Positions 7,496 through 16,585 of a stretch of DNA of 32,000 nt are shown piece by piece. The stretch is taken from positions 24,326 to 56,325 of the forward strand of contig CALGBY010000062.1 of NCBI GenBank assembly GCA_937886445.1, in the 5' to 3' direction. The notes under the pieces are model-generated. The model did not search any database. It saw only the letters and a list, made by a program, of their open reading frames with translations, and was not told the DNA's origin. Within the stretch, counting starts at the first letter, position 1. Each line of letters starts with the position of its first letter. Source of the stretch: an uncultured Clostridia bacterium (GTDB lineage: Bacteria; Bacillota; Clostridia; Christensenellales; Aristaeellaceae). The position numbers and the translations under genes were made by a program.

Positions 7496-9442
7496 TTGCT
7501 GCATAAGAACCGGAAAAGGATCACCCACATCATTCAGTCACGGCTTTTGATCATTATGCTCGTGGCATTTCTTGTCAGCGCTCTTTTCATCTGGTTTTTT
7601 GAAACTTCACTTTGCAAGCGGAACGCGGCGCGTGTACTGCTGCAAAACCTTTCGGATGTTTCTCAGGATGTTTCCGATTCCGTTGACAACGGTCTTCTGG
7701 CAAAAACAATAACGATCACGGCCGATCTCAGCTCGACGCTCAACGATATGCTGAGCAGAGTCAAAAACGCCGATTTTCAGGCAAGTGACATATTAACAGA
7801 CGAATATCCCATTGATATAGCGTCTCTTCAAAGCCCTGTCGATATGATCCCTCATATTTTTGTCATGGATTCTGAATTTCTGAGATCATACGCGGCATCA
7901 TACGGTGCTACGGAAATCAGCTATATCGACCCGAACGGGATCATTACTGCCTCATCCAATCCGGAATTTATCGGTTTTGACATGCACAGCGGAGAACAAT
8001 CGCGTGAGTTCCTCTGCCTTTTGGACGGAAGCCGGGATACCTTTATTCAGGAATACCGCAGTATTGCAGCCGATCCGACCCAATTCAGGCAGTTTGCCGG
8101 AGCGGCCGCGGATTTCGGCGGGTTCTTCCAGATCAGCTACGATGAGGAAACGCTGGAGGGAGATATCGCCGTACTCGCGGAAAATGTCACCGCGAACCGG
8201 CATGTCGGTGAAACCGGCGGGATGATCATATTTAACTACTTCAGCAAAATGGTATCCCTGCCGAAATCGCTTTCCGGCGAGGTATTCACTCCGGATGATC
8301 TTGGGATCACCGCGCATCCAAAGGGAATGATCTATCCGCATACGATCAAGGACACAGAATGCTATTGCCTGTATGATATTATCGACGGTTATCGTGTATT
8401 CGGATATATGCCTATCGCCGAAACGCTGAATTCGCGTAATGTTTCGGTAAAAATGCTTTCTGTCGCGGTAGCAGTCACACTGATCTGCGTCCTGTTCATG
8501 GTTTACCGCCTTCTCAGCAAAGTAGTGATCAAAAACCTGAGCAAGGTAAACGCCTCCCTTTCCAAGATCGCCGACGGTGATCTCAGCGAAGCGGTCAATG
8601 TAAGAGAAAACAGAGAGTTTGATTCTCTCAGTACCGATATCAACGCAACTGTTGACACCCTGAAACGCTATATATCCGATGCCGAAAAGCGTATTGACGC
8701 GGAGCTGGCGCTGGCGAAAGCTATTCAGCACAGCGCCCTTCCCTATGTTTTCCCGCCCTTCCCGGACAGAAAGGATTTTGACATCTGGGCAGATATGTTC
8801 ACAGCAAAGGAAGTCGGCGGAGATTTTTACGATTTCTTCTTTGCCGGCCCCTCTGTATTGGCCTTCCTGATCGCCGATGTATCCGGTAAGGGTATTCCTG
8901 CGGCAATGTTCATGATGCGGGCAAAAACACTGATCAAATCCTACGCCGAAAGCGGATTGCCTCTTGCTGAAGTGATCTCCACCGTAAACCGCAAGCTATG
9001 TGAAGGCAATGATACAGAACAATTCGTTACGGCATGGATCGGCTTTCTTGATACAAAAACAGGCGAAGTGGAGTTCATCAACGCCGGCCACAATCCCCCT
9101 CTCCTCTGTTCTCACGGGAATGTATCATGGCTTCGTACAAAGCCGGGTCTGGTGCTTGCGGCTTTCGACAGCGTCCGCTATAAAAGCGGCTCATTTCATA
9201 TGGATCCGGGCGATACGCTCTTTCTCTACACAGACGGTGTAACGGAGGCATGTGACGCAAACGACACGCTCTTTGGCGAGGAAAGGCTCTATCGATCCCT
9301 GTGTGATCTTAAGGACGCCGCACCTGAAGAAATATGCGGACGGATCAAAAAGGATGTGGACGCATTTGCCTCAAACAGGGTCCAGTTTGATGATATTACG
9401 ATGCTTTGCCTGAAGTACATAGGAGGCACTGATCATGAATGA
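7496..9442 (+). CDS. Membrane sensor PP2C (SpoIIE/RsbU-type) serine phosphatase with extracytoplasmic domain and HAMP linker
   Basis: Two TM helices (LLIIMLVAFLVSALFIWFF and VAVAVTLICVLFMVY) flank an extracytoplasmic domain of about 290 aa. A HAMP-like segment (NLSKVNASLSKIADGDLSEAV) follows. The C-terminal PP2C carries motifs EVGGDFYDF, IADVSGKGIPAA, NAGHNPP, LYTDGVTEA and DDITMLC. The TTG start follows AGAGGGA, and that start is less certain than the rest of the call. Confidence 0.8.
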   Translation: MLHKNRKRITHIIQSRLLIIMLVAFLVSALFIWFFETSLCKRNAARVLLQNLSDVSQDVSDSVDNGLLAKTITITADLSSTLNDMLSRVKNADFQASDILTDEYPIDIASLQSPVDMIPHIFVMDSEFLRSYAASYGATEISYIDPNGIITASSNPEFIGFDMHSGEQSREFLCLLDGSRDTFIQEYRSIAADPTQFRQFAGAAADFGGFFQISYDEETLEGDIAVLAENVTANRHVGETGGMIIFNYFSKMVSLPKSLSGEVFTPDDLGITAHPKGMIYPHTIKDTECYCLYDIIDGYRVFGYMPIAETLNSRNVSVKMLSVAVAVTLICVLFMVYRLLSKVVIKNLSKVNASLSKIADGDLSEAVNVRENREFDSLSTDINATVDTLKRYISDAEKRIDAELALAKAIQHSALPYVFPPFPDRKDFDIWADMFTAKEVGGDFYDFFFAGPSVLAFLIADVSGKGIPAAMFMMRAKTLIKSYAESGLPLAEVISTVNRKLCEGNDTEQFVTAWIGFLDTKTGEVEFINAGHNPPLLCSHGNVSWLRTKPGLVLAAFDSVRYKSGSFHMDPGDTLFLYTDGVTEACDANDTLFGEERLYRSLCDLKDAAPEEICGRIKKDVDAFASNRVQFDDITMLCLKYIGGTDHE

Positions 9443-9845
9443 GATCGTTGTTGACGCGGTAAGAGAAAACCTGACCAGGGTAACAGAGTTTATCAACGCC
9501 TTATTGCGGGAATATGATTGCCCGGAACGGGCAATGTTCCAGATCGATCTTGCCGTTGATGAAATATTCACCAACATCTCTGATTACGCCTATCAAAACG
9601 GGATCGGCACCGCCACTGTACAGGTCGAGATCCTGAAAGAGCCGCTCGGCGCAGCCATCACATTTCTTGACAACGGTACACCGTATAATCCGCTTCTAAA
9701 GGATGACCCGGACATTACCTCCTCCGCGGAAAAAAGGCCGATCGGCGGTCTCGGGATCTATCTGGTCAAAAAAACAATGGATTGTGTCACATATGAATAT
9801 AAGGACGGCAAGAATATCCTTACGGTAACTAAAAGCATCGTGTAA
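9435..9845 (+). CDS. RsbW/SpoIIAB-like anti-sigma-factor-type serine kinase (HATPase domain)
   Basis: 136 aa with N-box-like DLAVDEIFTNISDYAY, DNGTPYNP and G-box IGGLGIYLVKK. AGGAGG precedes ATG 9435. The gene overlaps the phosphatase gene by 8 nt. Confidence 0.7.
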   Translation: MNEIVVDAVRENLTRVTEFINALLREYDCPERAMFQIDLAVDEIFTNISDYAYQNGIGTATVQVEILKEPLGAAITFLDNGTPYNPLLKDDPDITSSAEKRPIGGLGIYLVKKTMDCVTYEYKDGKNILTVTKSIV

Positions 9846-9902
9846 AAAACAGCGGTGTGTGCACCCCGGTTCCGTTACCGGGTACACATACCGCTGTTTT
9901 TG
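9845..9902. terminator. Bidirectional intrinsic terminator between the RsbW-like gene and ftsY
   Basis: An A-run plus CAGCGGTGTGTGCACCCCGG pairs with CCGGGTACACATACCGCTG plus a T-run. The stem is about 20 bp, with one G-U pair, one mismatch and one unpaired C in the left arm. A- and U-tracts lie on either side. Confidence 0.8.
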
Positions 9903-9912
9903 TATCACTTTT

Positions 9913-10809
9913 TCAGAAAAGTGCCTCAATGAATTCTTCGGGATTAAAGGATTGCAGATCGTCGATCCCTTCTCCTACGCCGACATACCACACCGGTACA
10001 TTCAGCTCTTTTCTGATCGCGATCGCGATACCGCCCTTGGCTGTACCGTCCAGCTTGGTCAGTATAATGCCGCCGATCTCAGCCGCTTCCTTGAAAACCT
10101 TCGCCTGCTGCAGACCGTTCTGTCCTGTCGTCGCGTCAAGGACCAGCATACAGCGTACCTCAGCCTCGGGATATTCTCTGGCGATCACACGGCGCATCTT
10201 GGAAAGCTCATCCATCAGGTTCTTTTTGTTGTGCAGTCTTCCTGCCGTATCCACGATCAGCAGGTCTGTCTTGCGGGCCTTGGCGGATTGTACAGCGTCA
10301 TACACCACAGCAGCGGGGTCCGCCCCGTCTCCCTGGCTGATCAGAGGCACGCCTGCCCGCTCGGCCCATACCGCCAGCTGCTCATCAGCCGCGGCACGGA
10401 ATGTATCACCGGCGGCAAGGATCACGCTGCGGCCGATCTCCTGAAAGCGCAAAGCCAGTTTACCGATGGTGGTCGTTTTCCCGACACCGTTCACACCCAC
10501 TACAAACATGACCATGGGGAACTTGAGCGGCGGGCGCGGCAAACTCATTTCTTCGATCATAATGCTCTTGAGCGCGGCTTTGGCATCCGCTGCAAGCTTG
10601 ATGCCTTTTTCCCTTACCTGCTGCTTCAGCTTGTCGATAATATCTTCTGTTGCCGCAACGCCTACATCCGCAAGCAGGAGGATATCCGTCAGCTCCTCAT
10701 AAAAATCATCGTCGATCTTCTGGGTGTTTTCTACCAGATCCTCGACCTTTTCGGTCATATTCTTGCGGGTCTTGAAAAGTCCTTCTTTCAGTTTCTGAAA
10801 AAATCCCAT
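9913..10809 (-). CDS. ftsY: Signal recognition particle receptor FtsY
   Basis: GVNGVGKTTTIGKLA (G1), IVDTAGRLHNK and TKLDGTAKGG. GGAGG SD before ATG 10809. It lies directly downstream of smc, as in Bacillus-type clusters. Confidence 0.95.
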   Translation of the reverse strand: MGFFQKLKEGLFKTRKNMTEKVEDLVENTQKIDDDFYEELTDILLLADVGVAATEDIIDKLKQQVREKGIKLAADAKAALKSIMIEEMSLPRPPLKFPMVMFVVGVNGVGKTTTIGKLALRFQEIGRSVILAAGDTFRAAADEQLAVWAERAGVPLISQGDGADPAAVVYDAVQSAKARKTDLLIVDTAGRLHNKKNLMDELSKMRRVIAREYPEAEVRCMLVLDATTGQNGLQQAKVFKEAAEIGGIILTKLDGTAKGGIAIAIRKELNVPVWYVGVGEGIDDLQSFNPEEFIEALF

Positions 10810-10821
10810 ACTTACCTCCGG

Positions 10822-13800
10822 TCACTCATAATCCTTCAGGTCAACGGAAACCATGCGGCTAACGCCCTTTTCCTGCATAGCCACACCGTACAGCCCGTCG
10901 CAGCGTTCCATCGTTCCTTTTCTGTGCGTTACGACAACAAACTGTGTATCCTTTGCATATTCGGAAAGATAATCGGCGAAATACCCGATATTTGCCTCAT
11001 CCAGTGCGGCTTCGATTTCATCCAGAATACAGAACGGAGTCGGTTTCAGCTTCAGCATGGCAAACAGGATCGCGATCGCCGTCAACGCGCGTTCTCCGCC
11101 GGAAAGAAGGCTGAGCAACTGCAGTTTCTTTCCGGGCGGCTGGGCAATGATCTCTATTCCGCAGTTCAATGCGTCATTCGGGTCTCCGAGGCGAAGTTCA
11201 GCCTGGCCGCCTCCGAACAGGCGGGTGAATGTCTCTCTGAAATATCCCTGCAGCTTTGCAAATTCGTCCACAAACTGTCTTTCCATCTGCCCGAGCAGAC
11301 GGGCGATCAGGCTTTCAAGATCGCTCTTGGCTTTGAGAAGATCCTCCCTGTTTGCGTTCATCTCATCATAACGCTGCTTGGTATCGGCATATTCCTCAAT
11401 GGCGCCCACATTCACAGGGCCCATTTCTCTGATACGGCTGCGGTATCCTGCCGCTTCCTTTTCACTTTCGGAAAGGTTGAAACCTTCCGTCTGTCTGTAT
11501 TCCTCGGCTCCCGCATATGTCAGCTCATAGGTGTTGAAGATGCGGTCACACATCGTTTTCAATTCACCCTCCGCGTTGGAGAGGCTCAGTTCATTACGGT
11601 GCAGCCGCTTCTGTTCCTCATCATAAAGCCGGTGCGCTTCTTCGCCTGCGTTCACGCACTCGCGCTGCTCATCGCTTTTGCTCTTGCGCGTTGATTCCAG
11701 TCTGTCGACTTCAAGCGCCTTGGTCCTGACAGAAGCCAGTACATCCTCCTCGTACTCGCTCTGACCCTCCAGCTTCTTTTCAAGCGCTTCCCTGTGGAGC
11801 AGTCTTCCCTGCAGCTGTTCGCAAAGTTCCTGAATGCGGCGGTCCGCCTTCTCCACATCCTCGTCCCGGCGTTCGCTGTCCCGGCGCAGGATATCAAGGG
11901 CATGCTCCAGCTCCGCATAATTTTTTAGCGCGCTCTGCGCTTCTTCACGCAGCCGTTCCGTTTTTTCACGGGCGTCTTTCAGCACAAGCTGCAGATACTC
12001 TGTTTTTTCATCCATCGCGCTGCGGTCGATATCTACATTCCGGCTCTCGCTTTCGGCTTCTTTCAGATCCTCCGTCAGCTCGGCGATGCTCTCATTCAGC
12101 TGTGTTCTCGCCTGTTCGGTTTGTCTGATCCTCTCGGTATGAGCATTCAGCTCCGCCGTTGCATTAAAAAGCCTCTCCTGCTCACGGGCCGCCGCGATCT
12201 CTTCCTGACGCACGGCTTCGTCGCTTTCCGCCCTGATGCGCGTCAGTTCCTCCCTTTCGGCCAAGATCTTCTGGAACCGGTCCTGAAGCTGTTTCAGCGC
12301 CGTCTCCTGGTTTATAACACTTTCACGCAGTTCCTCTGTCTCGCGTTCTCTTGAAAGAAGGCTTACCGCTTTACTGGTTGCCGTACCGCCGGTCATGGAT
12401 CCGCCGGAATGCATTACATCGCCCTCCAGCGTAACCAACCTGAACGAATGTCTTCCGGCGCGCATGATCGCGATCCCGCTGTCAAGATCCTTCGCGATCA
12501 CAGTCCGTCCGAGAAGATTTTCAATGATCCCCCTGAACTTTTCGTCAAACTCGATCAGTTCACTGGCCACACCAAGGCAGCCCGGCATATTGAGAAGGCG
12601 TCTTTCCTCATTCGTCAATACCCTGCCGTGCATACTCGCAATGGGAAGGAAGGTGGCTCTGCCCAGCTTATTCAGGCGCAGATAATCGATCATCCTTTTC
12701 GCAGCTTCTTCATCACGGGTAACGATATTCTGAAGTGCCGCGCCAAGCACCATATCGATCGCGGTCTCCATTTCACGCGGCACCTTGATCAGCCTTGCCA
12801 CAGCTCCGTATACCGCCGGATCATTTTCAGCAAACTTCAGTGCTTTTCGAACCGCTCCGGAATAACCTTCCATTTCACGGTTCATTTCCTCCATCAGATG
12901 CAGGCGGCTTTTATCTCCCTGAAGCGTTGCGTTTTTCTTCTGAGCCTCGTCACGGATCTCTCTTGCTTCATCTACCGCGAGGCGCAGATGTCCCTCGGCT
13001 CTAGCGGCTTCCTCTCTCAGCTTCAGAAGCTCGGCGTCAACGGCTTCCTTTTGCCCTTTAGCCTTCTGAAGGTTTTCATCCAGCTCGTCTTTCTCCTTCA
13101 GAAGCTGTAACATACCGTTTTCTATTTCCTGCAGGCGTACTTTCATCTGTTCACACATAGCCTGCTTTCTGGCCTGCTGATTTTTCGCCTCGCTCATACG
13201 GTTCACGAAGTTCAGGATATCAGCCTTATGTTCATCCAGAGCGCGTTCCTTCTGTTCGGCGTCCGCGATCGCTTCATCCAGCCGTGCCTGCCTGCTTTTT
13301 ACTTCAGCCTCAGCGCTCTCCAACGCGGAGCGGCTTTTTTCCGTATCTTTTGTTCCTTTTTCGTAAAGCTGCGCCAGTTCTTCCCTGTGTTTACGCTGTG
13401 TCTCCAGCTCGGTTTCGCAGTTTGTGATCTGCTCCTTTTCCTGGTCCAGCTGCTGCGCGGTCAGTTCTCTCGCGCTCTTTGCAGCGTGATACACATCATT
13501 TTCGGAAAGATGAGCCGCGCGCGCGACAGCCAGCTCTTCTTCCAGAATACGGATCGCTTCATCCAGCTCTTCCCTGCGCGCGCCGATCTCGTTTATGCTC
13601 GCTTCACGGTTCAGAATAACATCGTTCAAACCATCTACTGTCTGCTGCAAAGCGGCAATGCGTTCCTTCAGTTTGTCATGACGCAGCAGAAAAACATTCA
13701 GTTCCAGATACTTCAGCTTTTCCGCTATTTCAAGATATTCCTTCGCGGTCTCCGCCTGTCTGCTGAGCGGCTCGATACGGTTTTCCAGTTCTTCAAGAAT

Positions 13801-14379
13801 ATCATTTGCCCTGTCCAGATTATCAACTGTTCTGGCAAGCTTCCTCTCGGCTTCCTCCTTGCGAACGCGGTATGTCATCACACCCGCCGCTTCTTCAAAG
13901 ATCTGCCTTCTGTCCTCACTTTTTACGGAAAGGATCTCATCGATCCTTCCCTGCCCGATCAGTGAATAGCCTTCTCTGCCGATACCGGTATCACGAAAAA
14001 GCTCAAGTATATCCTTGAGACGGCAGGCGGTCCTGTTCAGATAGTACTCACTGTCTCCGCTGCGGTAGACCCGGCGTGTAACAGATACCTCAGCATAGCT
14101 GCTTTTCAGAGCGCCGTCCTCATTGTCAAAGGTAAGCGTGACCTCACAGTAGCCTGCCGCCTTGCGTTTTTCGGTGCCGTTGAAGATGACATCCTCCATC
14201 TTCGCCCCGCGAAGCACCCTCGCGCTCTGTTCTCCGAGCACCCAGCGCACCGCGTCACCTATATTGCTCTTTCCGGAGCCGTTCGGTCCCACGATTCCCG
14301 TGATCCCCTGGTCAAAAACGATCTCCGTTCTGTCCGCAAAGGATTTGAAGCCATGGATCTCAAGCTTTTTTAGCTTCAT
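10822..14379 (-). CDS. smc: Chromosome segregation protein SMC
   Basis: 1185 aa. The N-terminus is MKLKKLEIHGFKSF with Walker A GPNGSGKSN. Long Glu/Lys/Arg-rich coiled coils flank a central hinge (MVLGAALQNIVT...GRATFLP). The C-terminus has signature LSGGERALTAIA and Walker B FCILDEIEAALD. GGAGG SD is present. Confidence 0.97.
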   Translation of the reverse strand: MKLKKLEIHGFKSFADRTEIVFDQGITGIVGPNGSGKSNIGDAVRWVLGEQSARVLRGAKMEDVIFNGTEKRKAAGYCEVTLTFDNEDGALKSSYAEVSVTRRVYRSGDSEYYLNRTACRLKDILELFRDTGIGREGYSLIGQGRIDEILSVKSEDRRQIFEEAAGVMTYRVRKEEAERKLARTVDNLDRANDILEELENRIEPLSRQAETAKEYLEIAEKLKYLELNVFLLRHDKLKERIAALQQTVDGLNDVILNREASINEIGARREELDEAIRILEEELAVARAAHLSENDVYHAAKSARELTAQQLDQEKEQITNCETELETQRKHREELAQLYEKGTKDTEKSRSALESAEAEVKSRQARLDEAIADAEQKERALDEHKADILNFVNRMSEAKNQQARKQAMCEQMKVRLQEIENGMLQLLKEKDELDENLQKAKGQKEAVDAELLKLREEAARAEGHLRLAVDEAREIRDEAQKKNATLQGDKSRLHLMEEMNREMEGYSGAVRKALKFAENDPAVYGAVARLIKVPREMETAIDMVLGAALQNIVTRDEEAAKRMIDYLRLNKLGRATFLPIASMHGRVLTNEERRLLNMPGCLGVASELIEFDEKFRGIIENLLGRTVIAKDLDSGIAIMRAGRHSFRLVTLEGDVMHSGGSMTGGTATSKAVSLLSRERETEELRESVINQETALKQLQDRFQKILAEREELTRIRAESDEAVRQEEIAAAREQERLFNATAELNAHTERIRQTEQARTQLNESIAELTEDLKEAESESRNVDIDRSAMDEKTEYLQLVLKDAREKTERLREEAQSALKNYAELEHALDILRRDSERRDEDVEKADRRIQELCEQLQGRLLHREALEKKLEGQSEYEEDVLASVRTKALEVDRLESTRKSKSDEQRECVNAGEEAHRLYDEEQKRLHRNELSLSNAEGELKTMCDRIFNTYELTYAGAEEYRQTEGFNLSESEKEAAGYRSRIREMGPVNVGAIEEYADTKQRYDEMNANREDLLKAKSDLESLIARLLGQMERQFVDEFAKLQGYFRETFTRLFGGGQAELRLGDPNDALNCGIEIIAQPPGKKLQLLSLLSGGERALTAIAILFAMLKLKPTPFCILDEIEAALDEANIGYFADYLSEYAKDTQFVVVTHRKGTMERCDGLYGVAMQEKGVSRMVSVDLKDYE

Positions 14380-15043
14380 ACTTTTCCTCCGCTTTCAGAA
14401 TTTTCAATGCCGCTTCCGCAGCCGCCTGTTCCGCTTTCTTCTTGCCGTTGCCGGTTCCCGTCGCGTATTCCTTATCTTCCACTGTCACCTTTACGGTAAA
14501 TGTCGGCATATGATCCGGGCCGCTTTCCCCGCAAAGGATATATTTGGGCTGCGGGCGTCCGCGTTTCTGCAGATATTCCTGCAGAGCGGATTTCGCGTCA
14601 TTGAACGCTTCCGCTTCGCTTAACGGCCAGTGCTTTTTCAGCACCAGCATCGCGCTGTCAAAACCTCCGTCAAGATACACGGCTGCAAGCACGGCTTCAC
14701 AGGCATCACAGAGAACGCTGTCGTTTTCACGGCCGCCTCCCAGTTCGCAGCCCTTATCCATACGCAAATAAGTGCCAAGGCCTATCCGCCTTGCCACTGC
14801 CGCCAATGCGTCCTGACATACGAGGTGCTGACGCAGATTTGTCAGTGCGCCTTCCTGCACCTTTGTGTGTTCATGAAACAGCACATCACTTACAGTAAGC
14901 TGAAGCACCGCATCTCCGAGGAACTCAAGCCGCTGGTTGTTTTTATCTCTGGAACAGGAAGGGTGCGTAAGCGCCCTTTCCAATAAAGAGACGTCCTTAA
15001 AGCAATAACCGAGGCTTTTTTCCAATGTTTCCAATCCGGTCAT
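14360..15043 (-). CDS. rnc: Ribonuclease III
   Basis: RNase III signature NQRLEFLGDAVLQL and a C-terminal dsRBD (KSALQEYLQKRG...FTVKVTV...GKKKAEQAAAEAAL). The 3' end overlaps the smc start by 20 nt. Confidence 0.95.
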   Translation of the reverse strand: MTGLETLEKSLGYCFKDVSLLERALTHPSCSRDKNNQRLEFLGDAVLQLTVSDVLFHEHTKVQEGALTNLRQHLVCQDALAAVARRIGLGTYLRMDKGCELGGGRENDSVLCDACEAVLAAVYLDGGFDSAMLVLKKHWPLSEAEAFNDAKSALQEYLQKRGRPQPKYILCGESGPDHMPTFTVKVTVEDKEYATGTGNGKKKAEQAAAEAALKILKAEEKYEAKKA

Positions 15044-15063
15044 TCTGGCCTCTCAGCAGCCGC

Positions 15064-15294
15064 TTACGCGTTTTCCTCGATGTATCTGATCACATCTCCC
15101 ACAGTCTTCAGCTTTACGATGGCGCCGTCGTCCACGGAAATGTCAAACTCGTCTTCCATATCCATGATCATCACCATCACATTCGCGCTGTCAGCCTTCA
15201 GGTCTTCCAGAAGGCGCTTTTCAGGGGTGACCTCATTCTCATTGATCCTCAGCTGCTTTGCGATCATCGAAATCACTTTTTCACCGGTAGTCAT
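15064..15294 (-). CDS. acpP: Acyl carrier protein
   Basis: 76 aa (MTTGEKVISMIAKQL...LKADSANVMVMIMDMEDEF...) with the phosphopantetheine-site DS motif. AAGGAGGAATAAAC precedes ATG 15294. The 192-aa track ORF is an unsupported upstream extension into plsX. Confidence 0.9.
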   Translation of the reverse strand: MTTGEKVISMIAKQLRINENEVTPEKRLLEDLKADSANVMVMIMDMEDEFDISVDDGAIVKLKTVGDVIRYIEENA

Positions 15295-15296
15295 GT

Positions 15297-16313
15297 TTAT
15301 TCCTCCTTGTTTTCGCCTGTCATAGCGTTTATTCCGTCGCTGATTTTTTTGACGGTCTCGTTTCTCACCATATCCGTGCACTGGCGGATCGCGCAGCTGA
15401 TCGCATGCGCGTTGCTGGAACCGTGCGCCTTGATCACGGCACCGCTTACTCCGAGGAGCGGTGCTCCTCCCACCTCGGAATAATCCAGGCGCTTTTTGAC
15501 CGCTTTCCAGTTCTTTTTCGCGATCAGGTAGGAAAGCTTTCCGCGCAGATCCCGCTTCAGTTCCTGCTTGATGATGCCGGTCATCGTCACTACCGCGCCT
15601 TCCATGAACTTGAGGAGCAGATTTCCCGAAAATCCGTCGCATACCGCCACATCGGTGTTTCCTGCGGTAATGTCTCTGCCTTCCACATTGCCGATAAAGT
15701 TTATCGGGGCATTCTGCATCAGCGGATAGGCTTCCTTTGTAAGCGTGTTGCCCTTAGAATCCTCCGCGCCGATATTGACAAGCCCCACACGCGGCTTTTC
15801 GATCCCCATCACGCTCTGCATATACACGCTTCCCATGATACCGAACTGCGGCAGATATTCACTTCGGCAATCCGCATTCGCGCCGCAGTCAGTCAGACAC
15901 ACGAAACCTTTTCCCGTAGGCAGCATGGACGCGATCGCCGGTCTTTCCACGCCGGGAAGCCTTCCCAACCGGAACATACCTCCCGCAAGCAGTGCCCCCG
16001 TGGAACCCGCGGAAACAAAGCCTTCCGCCCTGCCCTCTTTTACGGCCAGCATTCCCTTTACCTGAGCACTGTCTTTTTTCTGCCTTACCGCCATAACAGG
16101 AGCATCATGGTTTGTGATCACATCATTCAGGTGTTCCACCGTGATCCTGCTTTTTACATCGTCCGCACCGGAAAGCAGCCCGTTGATTTTTTCGCTGTCT
16201 CCCGCAAGGATGATCTCCAGTTCCTGATCCGCACGAAGTGCCTCCAGCGCGCCCGATACATTGCATTCGGGAGCGTTGTCTCCCCCCATCGCGTCCAGAT
16301 AGATCCGAATCAC
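15297..16313 (-). CDS. plsX: Phosphate acyltransferase PlsX
   Basis: The N-terminus is MIRIYLDAMGGDNAPE (GTG start 16313 after AAGGCGGGG), with family-typical similarity along the full length. Stop lies 2 nt before the acpP start. Confidence 0.93.
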   Translation of the reverse strand: MIRIYLDAMGGDNAPECNVSGALEALRADQELEIILAGDSEKINGLLSGADDVKSRITVEHLNDVITNHDAPVMAVRQKKDSAQVKGMLAVKEGRAEGFVSAGSTGALLAGGMFRLGRLPGVERPAIASMLPTGKGFVCLTDCGANADCRSEYLPQFGIMGSVYMQSVMGIEKPRVGLVNIGAEDSKGNTLTKEAYPLMQNAPINFIGNVEGRDITAGNTDVAVCDGFSGNLLLKFMEGAVVTMTGIIKQELKRDLRGKLSYLIAKKNWKAVKKRLDYSEVGGAPLLGVSGAVIKAHGSSNAHAISCAIRQCTDMVRNETVKKISDGINAMTGENKEE

Positions 16314-16346
16314 AACTACCCCGCCTTCCGCGTAATTTACCCGGTT

Positions 16347-16375
16347 AGTTTATCATAAAGTTACGCGGTTTTCAA
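16347..16375 (-). promoter_or_regulatory. Promoter candidate for the plsX-acpP-rnc-smc-ftsY transcription unit
   Basis: On the minus strand: TTGAAA (16375-16370), a 17-nt spacer, then extended -10 TGATAAACT (TAAACT = 16352-16347). It lies about 35 nt upstream of the GTG start. Confidence 0.4.
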
Positions 16376-16585
16376 TACCCGGTCCCTGTTTTTGTCGGTA
16401 TTCACAAAGGCGGGAAACGGAATAAACCATAAAATATTCATATTGATTCCGATACGGCCCGATGGTATCATTACTCAGGCAGTTTCGGACGGATGCTTTA
16501 CAGAGCATGAATGTTATGCCGAAAGACCGGCATGCCCAGCCAAATGTTTTCAGCGCCTGTTATACTACAGAAAGGCGGCTTTGAT

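Noticed and set aside
9859-11694. A 611-codon plus-strand ORF spanning ftsY and the 3' part of smc.
   Set aside because: The explanation is the same codon-complement register. ftsY, smc and this ORF all have codon starts congruent to 1 mod 3. There is no SD and no recognisable domains. The minus-strand genes carry unambiguous FtsY and SMC motifs.
10822-14379. SMC as a possible defence-associated SMC-like ATPase (Wadjet/Lamassu-type).
   Set aside because: It is a full-length 1185-aa canonical SMC with a hinge. It sits in the conserved housekeeping rnc-smc-ftsY context, with no JetA/B/D-like or LmuA-like neighbours.
15295-15642. The 192-aa track ORF that extends acpP upstream through the 3' end of plsX.
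   Set aside because: The extension is Arg/Gly/Lys-rich junk that overlaps plsX coding sequence. A strong AAGGAGG SD sits right before the internal ATG at 15294, which yields a canonical 76-aa ACP.
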